46,154 nt of DNA from Craspedostauros australis (lineage: Eukaryota): contig JALAGF010003248.1 of assembly GCA_030167865.1 (NCBI GenBank), positions 1 to 46,154 on the forward strand, in the 5' to 3' direction. Below are positions 34,666 to 46,154 of this stretch, piece by piece. The translations under genes were made by a program, and so were the position numbers. The notes below the pieces were generated by a model. That model searched no databases. It saw only the letters and a list, made by a program, of their open reading frames with translations, and was not told the DNA's origin. The first letter of the stretch is position 1; the number at the start of each line of letters is the position of its first letter.

Positions 34666-36500
34666 ATGGCTGACACGGCGGGCATCATCACCAAGTCGGA
34701 ACGGCTTCAGAAGACCAAGACCTATCTGAGATGGGCCGCCCTCTTCCTTGGAGAGCTTCGCGATGGTTTGACTATGGTGCGTGAACAAACTTCACAATAC
34801 TCGTCACAGGGAAAAGAAACCTGCGTCTCCAGAATTGTTCCAACGCTTCTCGACGCGTTCTCGCTCACAGTGTTCTTTGCCCTTTTCTTTCCTTCCTCCC
34901 ACATTCTTTGCTATCGGCATTGCAATGCAATTTGCGCATCCCATGCATACGTCGATCGATCGACTCATCAACGCGCACGCGATTTTCAAATCGCAACAAC
35001 TATACTCGTACGTTGTGCCATGCCATGACGCCACCACCATCTGCAAACCCACAATAGATCAACATGCAAAGCACCTTTCTGCTCGTCAGCAAGGGATACG
35101 AAGAGATCCAAGTCGGAACGCTTTTCTTCGTCTTCGGGATGTCGCAATTCCTCTTCCAAACACCAGCCGGATACCTCTATGATTACACCGAGAACAAGCT
35201 GTTCTGGCTCAGCATGGCCGGTGCTCTCACCAGCACCATGACCGTCCTCACCGCTGTCATGGCCACACAGGACAATTTCATGCTCATGGTTTTCATCAAG
35301 TTTTTGCAGGGTGCAATCACCTCATTCATCCCACCGGGCCTCAACTCCATCACCCAGGGCATCGTCGGAAGCGTCGGCATGACGCAGCAGGTTGCAGTCA
35401 ACGAGATGATGAACCACTTGGGAACAAGCATCATCGTTCTCACGGGATCTCTCATTGCGTTCTTCCTTTTCCCCGACGTCGGATACTTGTTCGTGGTATC
35501 GCCAATTGCCTGCATCGGATTCCTGTACTTCCTCAATCGCATCCCACCTGGCGACATTGATCACGACGCAGCGCGTGGATTGACCAAGGAAACCTCGGAC
35601 GACAAGCCACAGGGTGAATACGTGCCACCAGCCGCTTCCTCGCCATCCAAAGATAACCTTCGCCACAAGCCAAGCTTCAGCCTCGGTCTCGAAGACTCCA
35701 ATACCCAGTCGGCGAAGCAAGACGACCAACCTCACGCCGAAACGCCGCTGCAGGTCCTCCGCGATCCCATCCTTATCATCTTCATCTTCGTTTGCTTTCT
35801 CTTCCACACCTCGAACGGGACAGTCCTCCCGCTTGTCATGCAGACTCTCGCAATTGGAAATGGCAGAGAAGGTGTTCTCATGAGCGGTCTCTGCATTACT
35901 ATCGCGCAAGTCACCATGGTCCTGTCGGCCAAGGTCTGCGGCGACTTCTCCAGCAAGTACGGCCGCAAGGTCCTCTTCCTCATGGGCCTGATCAGCGTTC
36001 CGATCAGATGCGGCATCCTGGCATGGCTGTTGACTTTCCGTGTTGAGGATGTGGCCAACCCAATGCTCGACCGCTTCATCCTCTCGACGCAGATCCTTGA
36101 TGGTGTGGGCGCCGGAGTGTTCGGTACCATGTACATCCTTGTCACCTCGGACATCTCCGGAGGAACTGGACGCTTCGGGCTCACCCTGGGGCTCACAACT
36201 GCCGCCATGAGCATTGGCGGTACCGTCTCTGGATACCTCGGGCAAGCGCTGGCCACGAAGTACGACTACCAACCGACCTTCATCATTCTCATGGTGCTGT
36301 CCCTGGTCCCCGCTGTCCTGTATTTGCTCTGCATGCCAGAAACCCTTCCCGCGAATGTGCAATCCAACGATTATATTCAGAGCATCCAGGAAGGCAACGA
36401 AGAAGATGCAAGCAGCCGCATCGTCACAAGCAAGGACATGGCCGACAAGGTCGCGGAGGTGGACAACAAGAAGTCCGCAACCTACGTGGAGATGGTGTAG
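34666..36500 (+). CDS. Major facilitator superfamily transporter, about 517 aa
   Basis: Exons 34666-34776 and 35058-36500, with intron GTGCGT…TAG. About 12 hydrophobic segments and a central hydrophilic loop. Motifs FLGELRDGL, QTPAGYLYD, KYGRKVLF, QILDGVGAGVFG, GTGRF. Confidence 0.92.
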
Positions 36501-37186
36501 ATTAGAGTGCTCGAGGCAAGTACCTGGGCGAACCCTGTGATCCGCATTGCGATACGATACGGTGCGACCCATCAGCACCGTTGGCTGATATGGGCGCAAC
36601 TCAAGTATGTGTATGGCACATACATGGTACATACACACAAGTGAATCACATATCAATTCACTAAGCCAATCAATGTTTTCAAATATCGTGTACTCTAGAC
36701 ACAGAGCACAGTTGAGCAGAGGATGTCGCAAAGTAATGGATGCTATCCTTTAGACTGCATGGACACAGCAACTTCACACGAGTACGAACGAAATGGAAGA
36801 ACGCACGCATGTTGGGCTCTAGTCCGCTTCGAATACCTTGTTCAGTCGATCTGGTCGCGCTTCCGCCAGTCGTGAAAAGATGATGCACGATCAAAGTCTG
36901 CCCACGAAATCTTCTCGACATCAACGAAATGGCCTCCACCCATGATCGTGCACAACACCAGTATCGCTCGTCGCCCTTGTTTTGTGTGTTGGGACACTGA
37001 GGTTGTTGGCTTTGTTGTGATTGTTGTTGTTGTTGTTGTTGTCTCACGCGAGGCACCATAGACTTCCAGCTCCACTATTCGCAGCTGTTCCAACAGTGGC
37101 CACCATCGCATGCACACTCACACGCTGATCCAAGTTGACAGCAGCATGCACTGGATGTGTTCTGTGACACAAAGAAGGATCGGCAG

Positions 37187-40100
37187 ATGGCAATGATGGA
37201 CAAGCATGAGCATGACCCAAGTATTACAGCGAGGATTGGGAGACGAAGGAGCACGACGACCAGGCGTGCGAACACTGGTGCAAGGAATGACGCGCGGAGG
37301 ATGACCCTGCGCAGGGTGGAAGTGCTGCTTCCCATCCTCACCATGATCGGGCTGTATTGGTTCTCTACCTCCTTCTTTCTCGCCAAGCGCAGTCTGCCGC
37401 AGACATCGACGTGCGACGAAGCACCGGAGTTGCTGCGATCGATCTTGGGTCTGTCTTTGGAAGAAAGCCAAGCCGCATTGCTTCGGCCAACGACGAACGA
37501 TGATCATCACCCACACCTGCAGCAGCAGCAGCAGGAACAGCAGCAACAATCGACAGGCTGCTGGCTGGATCGACGCATAGATTCACTCGTCATCCTGGTC
37601 GTGGATGCATTGAGATTCGACTTTGCGCAGCATCATCTCCCCATGTCGGTGGGAGCACGGTTGAATGCCACGCGCGACGCAGCGACTACTTCCACGACAT
37701 CGTCTCAACTGCTGCAGTTCGTTGCGGACCCACCAACAGTCACGATGCAGCGTCTCAAGGGCTTGACGACAGGCAGCCTGCCCACCTTTGCAGATATATC
37801 CGGCAATTTCGGCGGATCCACCGTGGATGAAGACTCGTGGGTGCAGCAGCTCAAGAGCACCCCATTTCAAAGGCGCGGGCTGTCGCATCCGTCGAGGTTG
37901 GGATTCGTGGGTGATGACACGTGGGTGGACCTGTTCCCCACACAATTCGAGGTGTGCTACCCACTCCCGTCCTTCAACACGAGGGATCTCAACACGGTGG
38001 ACGATGGCTGCCTGGAAAAGCTGCCGTCGTTGTTGGAGAAGCTTCGGATGCGCGGGAGTGTTGATGTCGACAACGGTGACGGCAATGACGAGGATGCGCT
38101 GGAAGTGATCGTGGCGCACTTTCTGGGGGTGGACCACGTGGGGCATACCTACGGACCGCACAACTACCACATGGATGACAAGCTGCGGCAGGTCGATGCC
38201 GCGCTGGCGACGACGCTCGAGATTCTGGATGAATCGGAGAGCTGCCACATGGCGCTGATATTCGGCGATCATGGAATGACGGAAGATGGGAATCATGGTG
38301 GCGGGACGGATGATGAAATCAACGCGGCTCTCTTTGCTCACTTCTCTCCAGCATGCGGTGCGATGCCCATCGATTCAACACCGCAGATGGGAAGCTCGTA
38401 CATTCAGGACATCTTCCAGTCCATCCATCAAATCGACCTCGTGCCGACCATCTCAGTTCTGCTCGGATTGCCCATTCCGTATGCGAACCTGGGCGGCATC
38501 GTGCCGTCGCTGCTTGGCGCGGAAGACATACGGCAAACGGCCGCAGCACTGGCGTTGAACGCGGCGCAGCTTTGGAGGTACTTCACGGTGTATTCCAGCA
38601 CAGCGAACAAGCTACCCAGCCTCCCAGAGCTCGAACAGCATCTGCGCACGGCGGTGCATAAGTACCAGCAGGCCCTGGCCCACTCCGACGCCGAGGACTC
38701 CATCGCGTACTACGAAGCGAGCGGTCTGTTCAAGGTCTTTCTGGTGGAAGCGTCCGAGCTTGGTCACAGAGTTTGGACTCGCTTCGATTCAACGGGGATG
38801 GTGGCAGGCGCGGCAATCCTCCTTGCTGGTTTGGTCGCCGCTTGCTTGGTCCTGGCGATGTCGGTTCCAGCCATCACCTTACCAACGGCACAGATGATGG
38901 AGGTTGGGCTCGCGACGATCTTCGTCTTCTTCCAAAGCGCCGTGCTGACCTTCAGCAACAGCTACATTCTGGCGGAACAGAGCATCGTGATGTTCATGCT
39001 GTCGATACTGGCTTTGGCGGTGTGCGTGCGGTACCGAGACGGAAGCAATGCCACCGTAAATGCCACAGCCGCTGGCCATGCTCCATATCAAGGCCGTCAT
39101 AATTGGAGGGAGCTGCTGCCATTCACGCTGCCAGTGATGTCCCGCATGGGCGAATGCCTCATCACAGGACACGGTCTGGATTCATCCATTCGACTGCATG
39201 CGGCACACAACAGCGTGTTCTTCTTGACAAGTCTATCCGTGTTGGGCTTCTTCCGTGTGCGGCTGTTCCGCTCCTCCCCCGCTCTTGCGACATCCACAGC
39301 CCGCTACCACGCGGCGTTGGATTGCATAGTCCTTGCCCTCGTCGCAATTGGTTGGATCGAAAAGCGCGACGCTGATACCTCACGGAATGGATACTCGTGG
39401 ATGAGCGCTGCCATCTTCCTTCTGCTGCTGTCCATTCCGCTCGCAATCTTCGAATCGATTCAGACGAAACGATCGGCGGCAGTTGCAGCGGCAGCCATGC
39501 CAACACCAGCGGCGAACTCCAAGCCAGCCGAGACAACAGCGACGAGGACGGCTTCGTTCATGGTCGACGCAGCTCTCATTTCGAAGATCTTGATCTTCAT
39601 CATGGTGGTCACTGGTCCATCCACAGCATCCACGCTGGTGTTGTTTTCCATTCAGACATCCGTATGGTTCATGCTCGTTGCGGAGAAAGGTCGATTCGTG
39701 GTGAGTAGTGCGCTCGGACGGTATTTCATTGGACTGCATTGTAGTGCACTGCATTGGCGCTGCATGGAATACATTGCTTAAGTTTCTGTCTCTCACTTCA
39801 AGCGATATTGGTGTTCATCTGTCATATCACGCGCAAACAATTTGCACCAAACGAATGAACACAATCTACCCATTCTGCCGCATTATTCTACTCTTATGAC
39901 GACGCACAACCCGCACCAGATATCGACGATGGTGTTGGCGATACTTTGGCGTTTTGTGGTGCGCCACACCTTCTTCGCAACGAACCACGCCTGCGCCTTC
40001 AGCCGGTTGCAGTACTCGGCTGCGTTCGTTTCCACCATGGAATTCAACTTTGCTCTGGGTGGCACCCATCTCTTCCTGAATACATTTGGTTGGGAGGTGG

Positions 40101-40327
40101 TTGGGATGATGATCGTTCGCATGACGGCGACGTGGAGCAGGCGGGAGAGCCTGTGGAGATGGTACGGCCTCTTCCAGTTGCTGGAGACGTCAGCGAATTG
40201 CATCTCCGTGAGCCTCCTGAGACGGCATCTGATGGTGTGGGCCATCTACGCTCCTCGGTTTCTCTTTTCGAGCATCTTTCTCATTCTGCACGAGACTGCT
40301 CAACTGGTCTCGCTGCTGGTGTCGTGA
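37187..40327 (+). CDS. PIGO: GPI ethanolamine phosphate transferase 3 (PIG-O/GPI13), about 973 aa
   Basis: Exons about 37187-39700 and 39920-40327, with intron GTGAGT…CAG. Motifs LVVDALRFDF, ADPPTVTMQRLKGLTTGSLPTF, GDDTW, SFNTRDL, HFLGVDHVGH, GDHGMT, GNHGG and RRHLMVWAIYAPRF. The exact start codon is uncertain. Confidence 0.93.
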
Positions 40328-40525
40328 GCAGAACTTGGTTGCTGCAATTCTAAGGATTAGCAAGGAATAGCAACACTCCATTCTGCTGTGCTATGCTCTA
40401 CATACACTTGCGGGCATACAACTACGGGTGCTACGGTTTACTACTGCACGGATAGGATTGGACTACGTGATGCTGCCCCGAAGGTTACGCCGCAAGGCAA
40501 AGTGCGATGCGCCGATTACCCATCT

Positions 40526-42105
40526 CTACAACTCGAACGATGTCTCCAAATGGGCCATGCAACCAGCGATTCCGGCTTCCAGACCAGAGTCGATGACAGG
40601 ACCGCCATTGGCGGGATCGAAGTTATCCACCCACGTGCAGGTATCGGAGACCTGGATATTATACGCAGTGATGATGGCCTGCATCTCGGCGTAAAATGTC
40701 GCCTTGTCCACCTTGCGCTCGCGGAAGAAGGATGCGTTGATGGGCACGCCACCGGCGAAGCTTTGCGCAGTTCGCGTGCGGCGCATGGCACCATCTGGCG
40801 TTTCCGTCAAGGTGGTGAGCTGGCTTTGGAAGATGGAGTCGCCCAGAAGGACCTGGTAGAGCACAGCGTTGTCCGCCCCGACGAGCTCTGTCGTCGTAGC
40901 GAAGATCCCAGCGAACGGACCAGAGATGTCGCCGCCGAGCTCTGGGTTGGTGCTGCACGTCATCGCAGCTTGGTCGGCCTCGAAGACCTTGGTGTTACCG
41001 TTCACTCCGCATGTGCCGGTCCCGACGACGGAGTCATTTACTGCGCACTCCTCTGCGATTTGCGGGGGGTAAAAGAAAACGTTGCGCTGACGGTAGGCAT
41101 TCCTGGTGTTGTCGGTGTCGCAGTGTGTGGAACGAATATGATGGTGACCATCAGATGATTGGTCGAGATTGCACCGCGGGTGAGCAAGTTGCTGCGATAG
41201 TCACATACAGTACATGACGAGAGATGCAACTCGAGTATGTATAAAATCAAGCAGTGTGATATTCCATACCGCATGCAGCACGCGATTTGTGCCATGCCCC
41301 TCGATGCTTCACAAATTACGAGCACACAACAGAAGAACGCCTCTGCTGGGCATGATCATGACTCACCCTTCGACATTGCCCGTGATGAAGCCCTTGTACG
41401 AGTCGTAGCGGTAGTTCCAAGTGGCAGAGCTGAAAGGTTGGCCATCCGCACCGTAGAAGGTGTAGTCGCCAATCCAGTACCCCTCCTCTGCTCGCCACTG
41501 GGGATAGTCTGCAAGGTTGACAGTCTCCGGGTCGCATTCGTCGACCTCCGATTTGGATGCTTTCGATGATTTACTCGTCTTCAGTGTTCTTTGTTGGATG
41601 CCGCTTTCACCATCGCGAAACTCGTGGACATGATCGGCTTCCTTTGCGCCAGCTTCAGTTTGTGCTTGTCGTTGACGACGGTGCGCGGATTGCTTTCCAA
41701 GGTGATGCGTTGGCGTCTGCGCGGTGCGTTGGATCGATACAAAGCATTATTGAATTAGATGGTGCAGTCCAGAGTGAAGTGGAGGGGAGTGGAGCACAAG
41801 CACAGTTGAGTGATGTAGGCGACGAGAAGCAAACGGTGGTATCGGCACAGACAGATGGATGAGTCGGAGTGGGCGGATTGTTTGCGAACATTCGAGTTCC
41901 CTGTGCTGTCTCTGGTCGAAGAAGAAGATACGCTGGTCATTCCAGGATACTCCCATGAACGTACGTCGCCGATGATCGCCTGGAGCTTCGCCGCGTCGTG
42001 GTAATCGATCTCGCTGCCTGCTGCATGTGTCACTGCCGATGCGACGGACGAATTGGCAATGGCCAGGGCAACAAGCGCCACCAAACGCTGGTTGTTGGAC
42101 ATCAT
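40526..42105 (-). CDS. Secreted protein of unknown function (about 355 aa): signal peptide, RXL + KxxK segment, Cys-containing beta-rich domain
   Basis: Exons 42105-41965, 41716-41367 and 41102-40526. Introns GTACGT…CAG (phase 0) and GTGAGT…CAG (phase 2) give one open frame: MMSNNQRLVALVALAIANSSVASA…QQRTLKTSKSSKASKSEVDECDP…EEGYWIGDYTFYGADG…YKGFITGNVEGNAYRQRNVFFYPP…GTCGVNGNTKVFEADQ…SFEL. Confidence 0.85.
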
Positions 42106-42937
42106 GATGCCGGATGATTTGAGAGAGCGGTGCGGAGATGCTCAATGCGATGTTTGTGAGCCAAAGGTATGAGAAGGAAGGTGGATGGAGGACAGATGGA
42201 TGGGGGGCGTTGTTGTTGTTGCTGTCGTTGCTGAATGCGGACACTTGGAGGGCGGGATCGGAAGATCTCAATTTTTCATGGAATAATTCGTACGCGTGCT
42301 TTGGTGACAAGTGAACATACTCTGTCCGTGGGGGCGCTTGATCCTGTGCGACTGGTACAGGGACATCACGGTGCTGATGATACACGTGTGACAAAACGTG
42401 TTGGGAGCTTGGCACGATGGAGGCTCATTGGCCATCTCTGTGGAGAAGAACGCTGGTGAGAGCACGTGCACGAACCGTGAGCACTCAAAGTGCATGGCGA
42501 GTTAGTGAAGGCACAATCTCCCCGGGGCGGGCCTATCCTTTCTGCTTCAAGGTAGCCTCAATTCGCACTATGCCAAGAGAGAGAGAGACGGCAAGTCCAA
42601 GGATTCATCGTTTCACTTGCATCTAATCAAAACCACGCCGTGTCCTGGTACCTGCAGAGAGGCGTTGCCGTTGCCAAATAGGGATGCGTGCTGGTGGCCA
42701 AAAAGGCGCCACCATCGAGGGACGACCAACGAATCCTTCACCAACAAGAAGAGCAACAACAACCGCTCTGTCAGAAAGTGTGAAGTGAAGAGATTGTGTC
42801 GCGAAGGGCAATTTGTGGTGCGAGACTGCATTAATGAGCCATGCGGGATTGTGGTTGAAGTTGATTGCTCTCGCTTGGCGAACACGGACGAGTCCGATCA
42901 CGGTCGGCGTTGTCGGACAGTATTGACATTTTTCATT

Positions 42938-43000
42938 TGACCGTTTGAGTGTACGGTCCATCTGTGACCGTTTGGACGTACCTGAGTGTCTGACCGTTTG
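42938..43000 (-). promoter_or_regulatory. Three copies of CAAACGGTCA (MSA/Myb-like AACGG core) upstream of the secreted-protein gene
   Basis: TGACCGTTTG on the + strand at 42938, 42965 and 42991 (spacing 27 and 26 bp). The regulatory role is inferred. Confidence 0.35.
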
Positions 43001-44712
43001 CATTCCACCGACGCATACACTGCACAGTACTGCAATGCTATTCCAGATTGCACGACTTCACCATTCACTCATTCTCATCTTCTCCATTTCACGCTCCTCT
43101 ACTCTCCTCTCCTCTACTTTTCTGTGTTTTGCTTGCATGTGATGTCGGTGGGAGCGGCAGTACGATGGATTGTGTGAGGTTGATGTTGCTGACGTTTGCT
43201 ATGTTTCGAGTTGTTGGGAGAGGCAGAGACGGCCGCCAGCATGGATACTTGCATCATGCGGACCGCATACTCTTTCGTTTCCTCTACCACTTGCACTGCC
43301 GTTGGTCCATCTATCCGTATGTGCGTGTGCCCTGGATTCGCCGCTCTTCCTCGCTCGCAACGCAGATGATGAAGACAATGAGGACTCCTTGTTCAATGCC
43401 TCGTTTGGTTGGAAACTAGTTTCGTGCCATTTTCATTTCCGCCTTGCGTGACGCCGATGATTTGCACACCGATGCTGATCGAGAGCGAGGGATGACGAGG
43501 AGATATCTGCGATCGATAAGATCCTGGATTTGGAGCAGCGGCGTTATCTGTTGATGAAGGATGTGGCATGGAGTGCTGTGATGGGGCGAGATGCGTTTCT
43601 GAGGACTTGGTTGTGAAAGGTATATCATGCATAGAGATTCGGTGGTCCTCATGACCCAGCAGCGTACAATATAATAGCATCTGCTCTAGTGTCGCTCTGC
43701 TGCTTCATGGTTCGACAGGGGGACGACACTCACGCGAAGCGATAGCAGAATTGATCCGCCATGCATTGGCTGGTCCATGCTATCTGTTCGTTCATTCGTC
43801 CATCCCTTTGTAAGAATTTGGATTGCCGATCCAGTCGAAGCGGTTGTGCGGCACCAAGACAACTGTGTGCATTGTACGTGCATTGTACATTGAGCTGATT
43901 GCTGGTTGCTGCCAGCAGTGTCGTGATCATCTCCCGATCCCTCGTTCGTCGGATGCAGTCATTGAGTCGCTTGCGCTCCGGATCATCCTTGTGACAGCTT
44001 GGGTACAGCTATGATGTATCACGAGAGGGGCAGACTCCTTCTCATTGTCCTTCTGTGCAGGTCATGTGCTCTGATTGCATCGGTATTCCAGTGAGATACC
44101 AATTATACGATCAATGGCTGCACAAACCAGAACCGATGTTGCAGATACGTGAGAGGGGAGGGGAGAGCTCGGATGGTGTTGGGATTGTGGTTCTGTTGGT
44201 GTTGGAGTGAGCAGACGAAGAAAGATGTCGTTCATGTTTGTCGCTGAGATGAACAAGAATCGCGAAGCGAAGATCCAAACTTTGCAGGGTATATGAATTT
44301 GCATTGTGTCCAAAGCGTCAGCCTTGCACCTCTCTAAAATACCCTCATCTCTTGCATTTTCCTAGAGATAACCGTGGTGAGATGCATCAATGGGCCACAC
44401 GTCATTCTTTGAGACCCTTTGAGGGAACACACATCTTTTTGCACCATCCGCCCTTTTTCAACAGTTTTTCTTTTTTTCGTGTATCGATTTCTGCAACACT
44501 CACATCCCATTGTCTTCTGTTGTGCTCGTACATATTATGATAACCTTGGATACAATACTATGAGCTACTCGTACTGTGACGTACTTTTATTTTTACTTAC
44601 ACAGAGTGCGGGCATCCTCCGACCTGATGGAGTCTCACTCGTTGTCGAAGTACGGATGAAGCAAGCGCGGCCGCATCAGGGGCTGTCCCTCACCCAAACG
44701 TATCTATTTCAT

Positions 44713-46154
44713 TCATTCCGACTCTATTGCTCCTACCACGCTCTCTAGTCCCCATCTCATGCGCATTCCGTCCATGTCTTGATGCGGATTTGTGTCCCTG
44801 TCCTCACATCTCTTTTCCGTGGCAGGCCGAACAAGGAAGCACGCCACGTTGGAGTCGGACAGCCCCACGACCGCTGATGGTACCAGAGGGGTATCGTGCG
44901 AGGATCTCACAGATGCGCGGCGGGTATTTTCCTGTTCAATGCTGCTGCCGTTTCTCTTGTGCTTTGGCCTCCGTCGGCGTATCAGAGCGGTGGCTTCGCT
45001 TGTTCCTTGTCGCGGCGGGTGATGATCCAGCCTCGGCTCAAAGAATGCAGGCATCTTCGCATCACTGTGGAAATGCTTCTGCGCATACTTCAACGCCGTA
45101 TCGCCAGCCTTGTTCCGCACGTGCGGATCGATCTCCTTCAACCTCATGAGGTACTGGACCAGCTCCAAGCAGTTGTCTTTCACCGTGCAGTGAAGCACCG
45201 TGTTCCCTTCATTGTTCACCCCATGCACATCCATCTTCGCGTTGCTTGAATTAACAAACAGTTTCATCATCTCTACCTTGTCATCGTCACGGCCGTCATC
45301 ATCATGGCTGTTATCGTCGTCATCGACAAAATTTCTGCCGACGATGCCGTTGGTGTTGCTGTTGCTTTGGGCTTGGCAAGTGCAGTGCAGAACGGTGTCA
45401 CCATTGCTGTTCTGCAGCGTTGCACCCACCGAGTCACGCCCGACCAAACGTTGAAGGATGGATATACCACCAGCTTGGCATGCAAGATGGAGAAGTGTGT
45501 CATCATCATGATTATGAATGCTTGCGATTGGTTTGGCCTCAGCCATCAATCGTTCGATGATAAGCGTATCTCCCAAGGAGTTCTTTGGATGACAGAAGTC
45601 GTTGAGGTTGGTCTTGGGGACGACTTGGTGTTGGATGAAATTGAAGGGGCAGGTGTGTCTGGTGGTATCATTGGTCCGGCATCATCTGATTCTGGCAGGT
45701 ATCGAAGGATGTCTGTTCCCGCCCTGCAATATGCCAAATGCAAAGGTGCGTCACCTTCATCATTCTACTTGTTGATGTTGACATCGACACCGAATTGCCC
45801 TGATCGTACCAAGTGCTGCAACGTTGGCCTGTCCTTGTTCGCAAGCATGATGGAGCAAACTGTTCTTATCGTTGTCTTCCATGATGAAGTGGAGTCGATC
45901 AGATCCCCATCAAGTGATCGACAACACCTCTGTTTCCGTACCTGGGAGCAAGATGAAGCAACGCCTGCTCTTTGTTGTTTCGGGTGTTGGCATTCACATC
46001 GCTTCGATCCGACTGCTTGAAGTACTTGATGATGTCTTGGTGTCCAGCCTTGCATGCAGTATGCATTGGCGTTTTGCTGTCGTTGTCTCGAATGTTGACA
46101 TGCACGTGCACACGATCCAACGCCATCAGGCAATCCACAGCGTCTGCGTGTCCA
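44713..46154 (-). pseudogene. Ankyrin-repeat gene disrupted by frameshifts and stops; runs off the window end
   Basis: Ankyrin motifs KTPMHTACKAGH, ALLHLA, NSLLHHACEQG, GDAPLHLA, DTLLHLACQAG, GDTVLHC, GNTVLHC and GDTALKYA are spread over different frames. Stops lie at 45899-45901, 45765-45767 and 45546-45548. Only 44713-45576 is open. Confidence 0.75.

Noticed and set aside
21667..36609. Exact 16-mer GCGCAACTCAAGTATG at 21667 and 36594
   Set aside because: One 16-bp match in 46 kb is compatible with chance, and the flanks do not extend.
35322..36731. Long antisense ORFs (also 26313-27404, 10820-11611, 37583-38341, 40388-41158)
   Set aside because: These are shadow frames produced by the GC3-biased codon usage of the real genes on the opposite strand.
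40529..40540. C-terminal SFEL as an ER-retention signal
   Set aside because: It is not a canonical K/H/D-DEL, so retention cannot be supported from sequence alone.

Overview
Eukaryotic, gene-dense nuclear DNA with GT-AG introns of about 200-340 bp, signal peptides ending in ASAF-like plastid motifs (VGAF, VEAF) and several diatom-type hypothetical families. It is most likely a pennate diatom (inference). Identifiable genes: an aldo-keto reductase (L-galactose dehydrogenase-like), a GNAT acetyltransferase, a RING-TPR protein, CCB4, an RNI-type LRR protein, a possible SLX4IP-like protein, a diatom Cys/His-domain protein, a fused prephenate/arogenate dehydratase-ACT-arogenate dehydrogenase, a CDP-diacylglycerol synthase, a bacterial-like MFS transporter, PIG-O, and a 3-exon secreted protein missed by the ORF track. 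The left edge holds a CpG-depleted decayed gene followed by a TGTCCGG array; the right edge holds a frameshifted ankyrin gene. The most notable items are (i) the dehydratase-dehydrogenase fusion with a degenerate dehydrogenase domain, (ii) a RING protein with four tandem EEVD-clamp TPR modules and no J-domain, and (iii) a secreted protein with an RXL/KxxK motif and three MSA-like elements upstream. All family calls come from motif recognition by eye; no searches were run.
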